64,000 nucleotides of DNA, taken from contig NC_087251.1 of NCBI RefSeq assembly GCF_037042905.1, forward strand, positions 19,222,001-19,286,000. Reading direction: 5' to 3'. The notes below the pieces were generated by a model. It saw only the letters and a list, made by a program, of their open reading frames with translations, was not told the DNA's origin and did not search any database. Source of the DNA: Lytechinus pictus. Taxonomy: Eukaryota. A program made the translations under genes and the position numbers. Numbering within the stretch: the first letter of the stretch is position 1; every line of letters starts with the position of its first letter. Of this stretch, positions 37,615 to 51,515 are shown one piece after another.

Positions 37615-39042
37615 CTTCTTACACTTTCATCGTTGAGCGTGCACACTTGCAAACCTAACAATTTATCAGAATCAGTTGAATTTATGGACAAATCAGGATC
37701 CAGAATTTGCAAATGGTGAGGGTGACCAAGAGATTGGGGGGGGGGGGGACTAAAATTTTCAAATCTTAACATATTTTTAAGTTATTGAGGGCACTATCAT
37801 AAACCCTTAGGATGATACGTCACAAAAAAGCAGTGCTCACTCAACCATGAACATAATCTATCAAAAGTTTGTGTGGAGTGGTTAAATGATGGATGGTAAA
37901 ACAACATAAGCACCATAAAATTCACCCCCAACAAAATTTGTCGAACTTTAAACTTCCATGTGGAATTGCGAAAATATCTCCTGTGACTTTAAAAAATTGT
38001 CATTTTACTTTAATCTTTGATTACTCATTTTTGTTTTACTTATGCATGACTGAATCGATCAATCTCATTTTTTTCACAGGAGTTGCTCAATGAGTGTTGA
38101 AAACCGCGTGAGAAATATCTCAAATTGTTCCGTTCGAAAGTTACAGCATTTTGATTAAATGGCGACTTACTTTTTGTGTTGACTATACATGTATAGTTCT
38201 GAACATATTGTGCAAAATTGGAGGCGGTTCAAGAGCATTTAAACACATATGACACAACAAACTTGAAAAAAATGATTATTAGCAGTTGATCGAATGGTCG
38301 GATAACTTCATTCTTATTGGAACAAAATATATTCATATTCCTTTAACCTGTAGTGATTAAACCACAATCCTTGGAATCCAGTATGAAAACATAACAATTA
38401 TTACTATAAACTTATTTTGGAAGGTCTCTGGAAAACTTTCTGGCTATCCAGAACAAACTTTTTAGAGTATGCAACCAAAAAATGAATGTGTTCGCATTCA
38501 AGAATATGCACTATTGTGACAAAAGAGGGCAGTGTCACCATCGCGTTTTTCGCCAACGGTAGGAACGTCATTCTTTAAATCGTTTATGACGTCAACCGAA
38601 AGGTCATGTCACGGGTCAAGGTGGATACTTCATTCCAGGTCAAATTGACGTAAATCATTTCATCTTGGGGGAAAAAGTCACGTTATTTCCTTGTGAATGT
38701 CTGGTTGAAATATACACCACCGATACAATCAGTGTGTGCTTTACCTACTTTATACAAGACATCTGGGTAGAACGGTTTCAAAGCTGAAGTGCCCACCATA
38801 GGGTGAAAAAAAAATCATTTTGGTACTGATACTGTGATCACAAAACTTAAAACAGACGATATGAAAACTAAAAGAGGGGTAAATAGTGAAACTAATAAGA
38901 ATTAACTTGCTATATTCAAAGCTACAACCTCCTTTCTCGTTTGAAGTATAATTTCGAAAAAAATGAGGAGAAAAAATGACTTTAACAGGAGCCATAGGCG
39001 CGCATTCATGTAGGCCTAGTCAAATAATCGAACGAAATAATA

Positions 39043-39491
39043 ACCGTGTTTACACTTAATCGGCATTTGAATCGGCTCGCGGTTCTGAACCGCGAGCCGA
39101 TTCAGCATCGGCTTTTTCATAGCGTGTAAACGCGAGCAACTTGAATCGGCTCGCGGTTCAGAACCGGCAATTTGCACCACCAAAGTAGTAGGTTCTGAAC
39201 CGCGAGCCGATGCAGAATCGGCTTTTTTACTACGTGTAAACAGAAAGCCGATTCTGCACCGGCAATTTGTGCGCATTTCAATTACTTTACCATTGTGACG
39301 TAATTGTACGCGCACTGATCCAGCGTTGTCTTTATTATGACGTATATTGTAGGTATGCGTATCATTTCAGGTTTTTGCATCGGCTCGCGGTTCTGAACCG
39401 CGAGCTGTAACAACGTGTAAACGCAATCCAAATGCCGATTCTGCATCGGCAATTGGTTCAGAACCAAATGCCGATTAAGTGTAAACATGGT
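39043..39491. mobile_element. MITE (Harbinger-like) with internal palindromic repeats
   Basis: TIR ACCGTGTTTACACTTAATCGGCATTTG / CAAATGCCGATTAAGTGTAAACATGGT; repeated TCGGCTCGCGGTTCTGAACCGCGAGC palindromes. Confidence 0.85.
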
Positions 39492-39976
39492 ATTGCACAG
39501 CGGCACCCCTCTACCCGTGATCTGTCGTAAAAGAACGCTTAATTGTAATGAAGTAACACTCGTCAGGTAATAAATTGCTCCATGATAATATCATTAATGG
39601 GCAGTGCAGGAAATTAGAAAGCTTCTTCATTTTACCCGTTCTTTGTGACAAGTTACACAAACTGTGTGTGAAATCAAGTGTTGGTAAATCTCTATGTTAT
39701 TCATTTTCCAAATTTGAATAAGTTATCAGATGAAGATGAAATATTTTATCATGAAGCATGCGATGTGAAAGATGCGATTTAGATTACATCCGGATTACAT
39801 AAAATATATAAAGGCGTTAAGTCATATCACTTAAAACGTAAGTAAAACAAAATAGGGGGGGGTACAATTCCTCGAACAGCCCATACGCCAGTATTGTGTT
39901 AATAGATGTAACCCTTAATTTTTTTCTTAGTGCCTAGCGCAATATAATATTGGAACCTAGTTAAATTATTGGTTAA

Positions 39977-40572
39977 AGGGGAATCCAACCCAAATAAAAA
40001 CTTGTTTTTATAAGAAAGAGAAAAATCAGACAAGTTGATAGGTGAAAGTTTGAACAATATTGGACAAACAACAAGAAAGTTATAAATTTTTAAAAGTTGT
40101 AAATATTGGTAATCACTATACCCATGGAGACTTCAAATTGGCCGCATATGGGATGTCATAGTGATGTAAGGCAAGGACTACTCTTCTATGTACTCTAATA
40201 CATATTATGGCTAAAATGTCATTTTTCCCAAAAGTTTTAATTCAAATTATATTTTTTCTTTCATGAGGACATAAAACAATAAACTAACTGGTTTATATTT
40301 AGATTACTGCCCCAGGGGAATGGGTACTTAGGAGAAAACCCCAAATCCCTGATAATAAAGTACATGGCCTATGGGAAAGTTGTCCTTGCCCCTTGTCATA
40401 ATTTACTTACCCAGTTGCCAATTTGAAATCTACATACTATTAGTGATCTCAATTTTACAGCAGCTATAACTTTCTTATTGCTTGTCCGATTTCTTTCAAA
40501 CTTTCACCATTCTGTTTAATTTATTTTTCTCCTTCCCAACACAACATTTTATGGCCAAGGATGGATTCCCCT
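39977..40572. mobile_element. TTAA-target (Kolobok-like) MITE, second family
   Basis: TTAA-AGGGGAATCCA...TGGATTCCCCT-TTAA with imperfect subterminal inverted repeats. Confidence 0.88.
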
Positions 40573-42016
40573 TTAAGAACGTTCATGTGACTTCACCTGA
40601 CACGCAATTTGACCGATTGCGCTTTGTATAGAAAAACATTAAGGTGTTGGTTTAATCAGCCACGTTCGATACCTTCGAAACAATCACCCTCGGCTATGCC
40701 TCGGACGTTCTAGAACCCTTCCGTTGATACCTTGGGTGGATAAGTTTGCATTACTAATGCGTATATGTATTGCAAGACAATCGGATGAAGCCGGTTAATT
40801 TCCGCATGCCATTATATGCACGAAAGTGGTAAGCTGAAGTAGTTACGTGCATTTGCTGGTGGGAATGAAGGCTCTGTTTCTAAGTTAAGTGTTTTGCTTT
40901 TCCCTTTCTACCCTCTTGACAGGAAGGTCTTTTTTGGACGAAAAGTGTGATGTAAAAATAGAAGAGCGAGCGTGAATCATCACGCATATCATGACACAAG
41001 ATGGAGAGTGGATGCTGATGACGAGGGATAGTGAGAGGAAGAGTCTCTGCAGGGGAGGAAGAGAGAATGGAGAGAGGGAATTGGGGGGGGGGTAAGATAG
41101 AATTATACAAAAATGAAGAAAGACAGGTAGAAAGAGGGAGGGAGAGGATAGAGAAAGACAGGGGAGGGGGCTCCCATCCTCTCTTACCCCTCCATTTCTC
41201 TCTCTCCCTCTTCCCACTCCGCCCATCTCTCGAGGTGACAATCATTATGGATACAGACAAGACAGTCTAGGTAAATTACGTACTGTATATCGTTAGCGTG
41301 TATATGGTACCGATTCCGTTAAAAATGATCTATTCATTCGTTTTTCCTGTTCCACAATATTGAATAAAGAGGCAAATTAACTTGACTATTTTTTTCAATT
41401 AATGAACTTTTTTTTTGGCATTTTTGTCATTTTATGTATTCATTAATGGGTCGTTGTCTTGCCGTGAAACTAATGAGCAATATTTACCCATCTTGTTCGA
41501 TTGCCATACATTTTTCTAGACATTTCTTGATATACCATACTCGACATGGCGCCAGTTCTCCAGTTGATAGGCATTCCACTGTACACACCACTGGGAGGAA
41601 AGTGTGAGGTGATCAGTGGTCACTGTTTATTCTATTATATTCAGGCGATATCGCTGCTATGACAATGTGATTTTGTTCTGGACACTGACGAGGCTCTATC
41701 TAAAAAAAAATATTCCAGTACACAGTCAGTGCACAACTTAAATAGCTTGTAAAGAGGAAGGACTTCAAATCCTCTAGAATGCAAGAGAGGGATTGGGGAG
41801 AGATAACTAGGGAGAGGGATTGAGAGAGGGGGGGGGGGGGTTCAAGTCCATGTATGTCAACGAACAACATAAACAAAATGGAAATCCATAATTGGGGTCA
41901 AATTTGATCCCCTTTTGGTGACACTTCGTTGCCATTCACCTTCCTATGTTTACGCAGGTCTGTTTTCAGCGAAATATGTACGAAACTCTATCCACCCCTG
42001 AAATTGATTTGTTTAA

Positions 42017-42654
42017 AGGAAAAGTCCATCGAAACAAAAAAGTTGATTTGAACACAGAGAGAAAAATCAAAACAAGCATAGATTTGAAAATGTCATCAAA
42101 ATCGGATGTAACATAAGAAAGTTATGACGTTTTAAAGTTATGCACAATTTCACAAAACATTATGCACATCCCGTTCGGTATGCAAATTAAGGGACTGATG
42201 ACATCACCCACTCACATTTTTTTAAATTTCATTGTATGAAATATGAATTATTATACTGTTCTTCTCATTATACTGTGAAATACACTTTTATTCCCCTCTG
42301 AACATGAGGAACTGCCATTGTTTTATTATTTTGTTGGTCATACAAGAGGGTTCTTAATGTAAAATCTGAGTGTAAAAATTGAAATATTATATAATTCAAA
42401 CAATGAAGAAAAAAAAGAAATAGTGAGTGAGGGACATCATCCAGGCTCATTCGCATATCACTGAATTGTGCATATCACTGTTTTGAGAAAAATAGGCAAA
42501 ATTTTAAAGTATCAAAACTTTCTTATTTTCACATCCAATTTTGATGAAATTATAAGCGTTTTGCTTAATTTAGTATTGTTTAATTTTTCTATATTTTTCG
42601 GTTTTATTCTATATTCTATATCAAATCAACATTTTTCTTGTGTGGGCTGGATCT
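42017..42654. mobile_element. TTAA-target MITE family K, diverged copy 3
   Basis: TTAA-AGGAAAAGTCCATC...; colinear with 18203-18806; degenerate right end. Confidence 0.8.
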
Positions 42655-43685
42655 TTAATGGTGTGACTTTTAGCTTGAAACTGGAAATGAGAAGATTAAC
42701 GACGTATGCTAGAAATTAGACAAGAGAACATCCGGAATTCCGCGTAAAGATTGTATGCAAATCCTTTAACTTTTGTTTAGATTGAGCATTATATTCTTGA
42801 CCTCTATTGAATCTTACAGAATGGGATGCATACTGATTCTGATGTAATTACTTTTTTTCAAATAGCCACTACTTATATATAAGGTCATTGAATGCATATG
42901 AAATCAGTTCTATGATTTTCTCGTATATAACAGTTCAATTATTTAGTGTTTGAGAAATAAAAACGGTGTCCATGCGGTACTGTCCTCCAAAGAAGTCAGT
43001 GGGTATATTATCCTTTAACAGACTTGATCGTGTTCTGTATATTAATCTTGATACATATACCGTTTTAGAACATTTGACAAGATTTAAAGTTTGGTATGAA
43101 TTGCGATGACAATTTGATCTTTGTGTAAAAAGCCAAGCTTTGATAGTTCTGATCCTTGATAAATTAGCGTTGTAAAGAGTAAAGGAGACATTTCTGTTAT
43201 TATTGGGTATACAAGAAAAGAATACACAATCAAAATGTTGCGTTCTGGTTACCATAAGTGTTTGGGCTGTTTGAGACTCGATAGGATACTGTGGTCATGG
43301 CTAATTGCCTTTTAAATACCATGTATGTCATTGTGGTATAGGAGAGTTTAAAAAAATGTGGTGGTTGACATAGCTGAATAAACAGTTGAAGGGTTGCAGA
43401 GGACGAATTGACTGTGAAAATCATTCGAAGATTGCAGTCATTAAATGCATAATGGAAATTGAAAAAGACTCGATTGGTAGTTCACATGAAATTAAACTTT
43501 AGGGTTTTATGTATCATGAAACGTGGAAAAGATTAATTAAATGAAAAAAATATATACTCATTAGATTAGACAATCATTTATTTAACTTTTCATCACTAGA
43601 TATTCGCCCTCAAACACTCTCATAAAGCATACATTTCACTCTCATATGAATATTGTTGATCGATGAGATACGCTGTGAGTGGACG

Positions 43686-43810
43686 TGCCGTGGCCGAGTG
43701 ACTATACATGAAAAGTTAAGGGTTCGATCCCCGGCCGCGGTACCTATATGCACATTGGCAAAGTTTAATCCCCAATAAATGCTCTTTTATCCTGCATTCA
43801 AATGCATTCT
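43686..43810 (+). mobile_element. tRNA-derived SINE fragment
   Basis: Pol III A-box-like TGGCCGAGTGA (43691) and B-box GGTTCGATCCC (43721); no full cloverleaf. Confidence 0.6.
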
Positions 43811-43989
43811 TGGTAACTAGGTGTGCACTTGGTTTTTTTTTTATTTTTTTAAGTACCTTGGATTCTGGAGACTCAGTTTTATTCTTTCCTTTTCTCATTT
43901 TCTCTTTTTACATTTTTTTTGTTCTAAATTTATATTTAACTGGTTTTATGCTCAAATTGTCATCTTTTTGTACTTGTTTTTTTTCTGTA

Positions 43990-44190
43990 ATTTTATCAAA
44001 ATATTTTTAATAGAGGGCGCGGCATCGTACAAGCTCAGCCTTTCATTTTTAGCATCCTCCATATTATTTTGTTTGTGTGATAATCTTGATTATATGACTT
44101 TTATACGTAGAAATGTTATTTTATTGCTTATGTCAACATGTACAGAACCATATAAATGTTCGAAATGGAAATAAACGAAATGAAATGAAA
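43990..44190 (+). mobile_element. 3'-terminal fragment of a LINE
   Basis: Imperfect stem GAGGGCGC...GCATCCTC, then AATAAA and a (TGAAA)n tail; same architecture as the LINE end at 37445-37614. Confidence 0.5.
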
Positions 44191-44319
44191 TTATGTACAG
44201 GACCTGACGTAAAAAGGTTTTGTCATAAATAAAAACTATATTTTGTATACATAAAACTGAAGTATATAGATGATCAATCTATGAATGGAGATAATATTTG
44301 AACGAATGACCCAATGAAT

Positions 44320-44480
44320 GAAGGAAGGAATGGATATAACATTTGCCTGACTGACTGTCTGAATGAATGAATGCATGAATAAATAAATGAATTAATGAAA
44401 AAATAAAGAACAAATGATAAGATTAATGAATGAATAACAAATAGATAAATATAAAGGAAGGATAAAGGATGAATGAATAA
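44320..44480. repeat. Degenerate (GAAT/AAAT)n simple repeat
   Basis: Visible tetranucleotide run. Confidence 0.75.
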
Positions 44481-45334
44481 ATTGTAACCGAGATTGTTTG
44501 ATTTCACATTATATCTAATCGTGTTTTTAAATGAATTTATGCTTTCAATACACTGTTTCATTTTAAAGTTCTGCTCGATTAAGGATGTTACAATTAGGAG
44601 CAAGGTGAAAGCCTGAAAAGTAACATTATTCATCAAGATCGTGATTAAGTAGGCAATCATTATTGAGGAACTGCGACAGGTTTTGTTAATCGTTAGTACA
44701 CTCAACCGTGAGCTTTCGTGTAATGAATTTCATTAGGCTCCCATTAAATTGATACGACAGTATTCCTATCTGGAGATGTAGAACTTGCTATCTTATGTCA
44801 ACTTCCTAACATTCATACTCAGTCATGTCCGCCTCGTTTCCATGGTAACGGTTCCTCCAGCACGCATACAAACCGGGCAGGACGATGGCAAATATTGTCT
44901 CTAGGAACATGTAAACTTTATTGAGTATCATTCTGCAACATACTCTTATCTTAAACCTAATGGGTATATCAATCTTTATCTGAGTATTCTACAAGTGTAT
45001 CAGGCTCTAAGAAAGTATAGTGGGAATTATTCATCCGAGGTTGGTCTGGCTATTTCCTCGAGGGGCGAAGCCCCGAGGGAAAATAGTTATAATTTCCAGT
45101 ATACTTTCGAAGGAAACGCCTGATGTACTAGTATTTGTCTTTAACTTATAGTCCTTGCTGATGTGTAACAAATCTAGACCAATTTCTAACGTTGCCGGAC
45201 CTAGTCCTACTCCAGGCCTGTTAAGCTAATGCTAACCAGGTGCTACATGGGTACGCTGCGCGCGGCTTCTACCCGATTCCAGTTTATGAGAGGTCCGCTG
45301 CGCTACGCGCTGTGCAGGCCGCTGCAGTTCAATA

Positions 45335-45868
45335 CCCTTTTTACACACGCTGAAATTTCCTTAACCCCGTACTATAGGTGGGGCTAAATTGCCATTTAGC
45401 CCTTTAGCCCCACCTATAGTACGGGGTTAAGCTTAGCCCACTTTCTTTTTACACAGCATTTTTGCAAAGTGGGCTAACCCCACCTTTAGTACGGGATTAT
45501 TTGGCCCTGCAAAAAAGCAGGGTTATCCCAGCAATTGCGGTGCTAAGAGCGATAGTACGGGGTTAAGATCGCTAGTGTAAAACGAAAGTGGGCTAATCTT
45601 AACCCCGTACTATAGGTGGGGCTAAATGGCAATTTAGCCCCACCTATAGTACGGGGTTAAGGAAATTTTAGCGTGTGTAAAAAGGTACGAGTGAATGAGC
45701 TACCACTAGTCCGGGGTTAGCGAGCTTCGTGTGTGAAAAGCAAGCATTCCTTATCTGGGGTTAGCAATAACAATTTGGCATGTGTGAAAAGGAAAACAAA
45801 TAGTACGGGGTTAAGGATAGTACGGGGTTAGCGATAGTCCGGGGCTAAGAAAATCCTGTGTAAAAGGG
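45335..45868. mobile_element. Fold-back MITE built from palindromic modules
   Basis: Termini CCCTTTT(T)ACACA...TGTGTAAAAGGG flanked by TA; many copies of TTAACCCCGTACTAT / ATAGTACGGGGTTAA in both orientations. Confidence 0.85.
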
Positions 45869-46746
45869 TATAACTCGAGATAAAACGCTCAGCCGCAGGC
45901 TAGCTTGACTCACTTTGTTTGGTATTCTAGTAACAATTTATTAATCCTGTATGAATGGCCGTCATGGAATTATATTTTCCGCATGATAATCTAGAACCAA
46001 TGGATTTTCGGTTAGTTATTTGAGCTAGAGCTTGTGTTGCATTTTATTTATTTCTTTATTTTTGCGGATAAACTGTACGGATCTGGATCCGGTCAAGTCA
46101 GGGAGTATGCGCAGTTCAACGTTGAGAGAACATATCGAGCATGAGCATGCGCATTTCTGCCCATGAAAGTATACCGAAAAATATACGGAGCTAGAAGAAA
46201 GGGGAGCTATTTGCAGCGATGTGCTTTACTGTACTTTGTCATATGATCGCAAATTGACCAATCGTTTGTCTAGAAAACTCATGAATACTCAAAAGAGGGA
46301 TATAATAAAGTATATCACAAGCAAGGAAGTTATCGGGGGTGGAGGGAGGGCAGTTACACAATCTGTACATATGATATTCCATGAAATTTGATAAGAATGA
46401 CAATGGATAAAGAAATAATGAAAATTAGAGGAAAGAAGAAACAATGGTTTTAGTTGGGAAAGGGGGCTATGGAATACACTGAATTCTAGAAATTAGTGAT
46501 GATTTAGAACTCAATCAAATTCTTTGCGAGTCGATTTGCCCCCCCCCTTGAATCGGTTTATTTCTAATTCGTCTAATGCAAGTTCATCCAATTGCCAACT
46601 CGTCTACTATCATTTGGTCTACCATCAGTTCGTTCACTATCTACATGGTCTAATTCCAATTTATCCACTTACCATTTCGTCTAATAACCAGTTGGTCCAA
46701 TAGCCATTTAGTCTATATACCATTTGGACTAAGTGTTAATTCGTAA

Positions 46747-46849
46747 TAATTCGCTGCCGATTTCAGAACATCGCATGCGCGCGAGGGTCCGAGCTCGGAC
46801 CAGACCCGGTACCTCCCGCATGCGATGTTTTGAAGTCGGCAGCGCATTA
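46747..46849. repeat. 103-bp inverted repeat (33-bp arms) with a 16-bp central palindrome
   Basis: Arms 46747-46779 and 46817-46849 differ at 3 positions; GGTCCGAGCTCGGACC at 46786-46801. Confidence 0.85.
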
Positions 46850-49800
46850 ATACTATACGTGTGAGGAACTTCATGTTGGCTCTAAATCATCAATTTTGAG
46901 ACTGATAGAAGCATGGAAAAGAAGCGAAACTTTGTGTAAAGTAAGAATATTAGTTGTACTTGTTTTTAAAGATCGTGATGTTGCATGAATTTTGTATTTT
47001 GTCCCCATAAAATCCCACCTTTTGTCACTCGGAATATCCGATCGAGTTCATGGTCTCGAAGTTCGGGTAGGTGAAGCGTAGTGTAGCGGTAGTGAAGTGG
47101 AGTGGAGCCTGCACGAACTTCGCTCGAGGTAGATTTCACTCGACTTGTACGTGTACGTACGTCAACGTGAAACAGCGCGATAACCAGCGGGTCATGACAC
47201 GCTGCCCGACCCGCAAGATCTGGCGTACCATCGCCTGGCGACCCGGTCGGGTGATGCGAAGGTGGAACTTGAGCACACTGCCCTTTTACTTGCTTTGATT
47301 CCTTTTTGCGCGAGTTAGGATATATATTGATATATATTTTGGAGATCAAAAAGCAATGTCAAATATGATAAACATAATGCATCGTACAACTTACATTAAT
47401 ATTGTGAAAAGTCACTGAAAACTGTGTTTTAAAAGGGAAAGGTTGATCTTCATGCTGAGCTTGAGCGGTTGAAATGACGTCACTCACGTGCACGTCGACT
47501 ACGATTTAGGAGAACCGCAAAATGGATGTGGCGAGGTGAGGACCTGAGGCATATGGCAGGCCAAAAAATGACGTCATCTCGTACCAGTCCTCTATGTCGA
47601 CGTACGTTTCTATAAGTGCTCATAACCAGCGTCCCATCCTCTCCCGTTAACGTCGCGCGTGGGGCCATAGCAAGAGATAAATGCTTTTAATAATGCGTAT
47701 AATAATTGAAAATGGTACGTGTTTGTGGATGTATGGCAAACTCTTCTCATCATGTATATCAGGTTACGCTGAAATGTAACAAATCCCGATTGATGTTCTC
47801 GCTTGTAAAGTAAATCATACTTTCTTTTTAAAAGAATGTAATTACATTTGATAGTAAGCATGATGAAGACATACACTAAAGACTGAAACTATTGAGTTAT
47901 GGGCACCATCAGTATTGATGGAGTAATAACAAACGGTCTTCATAATTAAAAGCATATATATGGAAGCATAATATATACACCAATGTCTTCCTCCAATAAG
48001 TAAAATTCGTATTTATAAATATTGGGACTATATACAAGCAGATTGAGGCGTTTTCTAATGGAGAAATAATACCAAAAAAGTCACTGATAAATATAATATC
48101 GAGAGGAAAAATCCGAAAGTTTTGTTCCAATGATTTTGTTTTTTTAAAGAACGATGAGGTAACAGTATGATACCTCATTGCATGGAAGGGAGATCGTATT
48201 ATAAATTGGAAAGTTATTTCAGTTCGACCCAATTTTATCCCTGAGATGTCTTGGGATCGTGGTCTTGTTTATTTTACATCATTCGATATTTTCTTAATTT
48301 ATCAATATTATTAATTTACAAAAATAGAAGGGGTATTGAACTTGAACTACCATCGGATCATTTTGGAGTACATGTATAAAGGTACTTGATCTTTTGCATG
48401 ATGAAAAATGTCATCGTGGGTAAATCTGCAATATACAACTCTCGTCAGTTTTATCATAGAGGATTTCAAATCAAAAGTAAGTGATTTTTCCCCTTTTCAC
48501 ACAACTGCGTGGTTAATAGTAAGGCAATGTCGCGTTTATGCAGGATCTAAAATCGAAACATAATTGAAATCTTCAGGCTCTCTGGTAATCGTAAATTTAT
48601 TAACAAAAGACAATAAACTATGCATAGGCGGACTCAGGGGGCCCAAGGGCAGCCCCCCCCCCAAAAAAAAAAGGGGGGGGGGACGAAAAAAAAGAAAAAA
48701 GAAGGAATGGAGAGGAGAAAAGAGAATAGAAGAGGAAAAAAGGAGGAAGAAAACGAGTGAATAAAAACAATGTGATGGAAAAAATTTGATTTTTTTTTAA
48801 TCTTTCATGTCACTATATGAAATTTTAGCCTGCGCTTCGCGCTCGCACTATTTAATCAGGGCATATACAAAATTATATTGTTTATAAGAATAAAGCTATG
48901 ACTAACTGTTATGACTGATCTTTCAAAGAATCTAACAACAAAAAAATCAGCTATGAGATGCCAACGGGGGAAAATGTGGATGAAAATATCCCCCCCCCCT
49001 TATTGGCGAAAGCTGGATCCCGCCCCTGCTATGGTTGGATTGGAATTGAGGATATCCGTTGTTTTTTTCTTGGTCGTGATATTTTATGGCCCCTAAGCCC
49101 CCATCTGTACGCCAGTGGGGTGGAGTACATAGAGAGAGAGAGAAAGGGGGGGGGGGGGGGAGGGGAGACATTAACAAATATAAAGGCCTAGAGTGACATA
49201 GCAATAAATATTATTTTATCATTTCACAGTCGTGATTCACATCTATTAATCTCTGGGCTAATCAATACTATTATGGCATGGACACAACTGAAAATCATTT
49301 AATTAATTTCAAATTGATCTACATCGCATGCAATGTGAATTGCGCATATTCTATTTTGCGTATCATTTTTTTCTAGATATGAATAATCTATCACATTCTG
49401 TGTATGGTGTCTCCTGATGAAATACAAACACAGTGAGTGGAGCACGTGTTACTTGACACTCTCATTTCCAACTGATGAGTCATACATCTATGTAAATGAA
49501 TGTATTGGTCTGAAACCTCCCTACAGGTATAGGTCAGGGGAACTATAACCTGTCATCTTGTATCAAGACGTTCCATAAATCCATTCTACCCTTTTCAACC
49601 TCTTGAAAAGTTCGCAAGGGTTCGCAAGATTTCTTTGAAAACCGAATTTTCAAATTGACATTGTTCTGTTGTCATTTTTTGAGATGGGTGAAAATGGTTT
49701 GAAGACATGTCCCAAATGGCAACAGATATTTAACATTTCAGTGATCATAATAACTGGTTTACTTGATGTTTTAATAATAAATTTGGCCCTAACAATCGAG

Positions 49801-51399
49801 TTTTGGGACAGTATTAGTTTGACTATATTAAATTTCAAATTAAGGTCAACACCTTTATCAACGATAATGTGGTCCCAAATTAATGTAATCTGAAATAAAT
49901 ATTGTTTTATCCATTTGTGACAATCATCAAAGTGATTGATATTTCCGATATGCTCTGGTGTTAAAGTCAAATATTACCCCGAATAGAACCATATGAGAAC
50001 AGGGGCGGCACTTTATAGGGTGGATTAAAAGGGGTGTCAAGGGCGACCTCATTCTTATATCATTTAAAATTTATAGGTACTAAATAATTATGCGATACAG
50101 TCCTTTCTTATCAGCATCCCTTTCTCATATATTTTCTGTTTTCCTCCTCTTTCTTTCCCCTTTCTCTTTAAAATAAGTATTAATGAAGGGCAGTCACCCC
50201 TTGCCCCAATGTGGTGCCGCCCCGTTAGCGGAACAATATCCACATCCGATCTCTAACAATGGATCTCATTTGAATAGAATAGAACAGAGTAAAAAAAATG
50301 GAAGTCTGGATTTGATTTATCCTATATATCTCTTCCTTTCTCATCTAATCGCTAGATTGGCTATACTTGTTTCGATCAATGTGGTGGATAGAATCGAAAG
50401 GTAAAACACAGAGTGGAAGTAATTGCGGACAATGGCAACACCTCCGGTAAAACCTCAACAAAAAACAAACAAAAATGAGGCATAAACAAAGAAACAAAGA
50501 AAAAAAAAGACACAAAATTACAAAAATAAATAAAGAAAACAAATCAAAAGGTATACGCTTCAATTTCATCGACAATATTTAATTCTTTGAATTAGGTTCT
50601 AAGAAATACGTTAGTCATATCTCCTATACGGAACTTTGTATTTGTATTCTTACCATGGCCGTAGGCACGATTTGGGAGGTTAGGAGGGGGTGGGGGTAAA
50701 TGTGTAATTTATTTTAAAATGGATGTTAGTTGGGAAGTGAAACAACCAGGCAAAATGGAAACATTTTGAATCTGGTGAAAATTCGCAGTCAAAAGAATAT
50801 GACAGAGAAGTAGTTGCGTCTGACTATATATATACTTCATCTACATATACACACACCCTCCTCATCCTCGTTCTCCCCGTCGTCATTATAATTGTTAAAC
50901 CTCTCTTTATATTCCCTCGTATATACCTTTAGATTAGCCTCTTAATGAACCCTTCATCACACCGTGCTCTTTAAAACGACAATGTAAACATCATACCCTT
51001 GGTGAGAGAAAAAACAGATGCAGATGACAAAGTTAATTTGCGTTTGCCCTCTGCTTGTGAGTACGGCCTGCCATCAGTAGGCGAACCATCATCACTTGGC
51101 TATCTCCCCTCGTTCAAGAATTGAACCCGAAATATATATTTTTACGTTCATAAATATCATTCTGTTTATTGTCATCATTATCTTTATTATTACCGTTATA
51201 ATTTTTATTTGCATCATTTGTTTTGTTGTTACTACAGTTCTAAATAAAGAGGGCACTTATGTCATAAAGCTTTTTGTGGAGATAGCATAGACTTCCCTGA
51301 TACCTTAAATACGTTCATCTCGTTATTGATGTGTTTCTCCTGGTACTGTAATGCACACAGTTCTTTATATCCATGTCGCACAGTTGCGCAATATATATC

Positions 51400-51451
51400 A
51401 TTATCATTGGCATCATCATCAATTTTATCGTCATCATCATCATCATTATTA

Positions 51452-51482
<31 letters not shown>

Positions 51483-51510
51483 TATTATGATTATCGTTAT
51501 TATCTTCATT
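51400..51510. repeat. (ATC/ATT)n microsatellite
   Basis: Visible trinucleotide run; source of poly-Ile/Asn/Tyr spurious ORFs. Confidence 0.9.
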
Positions 51511-51515
51511 ATAAT

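Noticed and set aside
42935..43424. Overlapping minus-strand ORFs considered as a decayed retroelement or viral fragment
   Set aside because: No motif I could recognise; would need a translated search.
43686..43760. Possible tRNA gene
   Set aside because: A and B boxes are present but there is no anticodon arm or complete cloverleaf; treated as a SINE head.
48623..49028. hAT-like ends CATAGGCGGA...TCCCGCCCCTG (similar remnants near 26660-27230 and 27561-27759)
   Set aside because: No 8-bp TSD could be verified; probably old composite remnants, so boundaries are unsupported.
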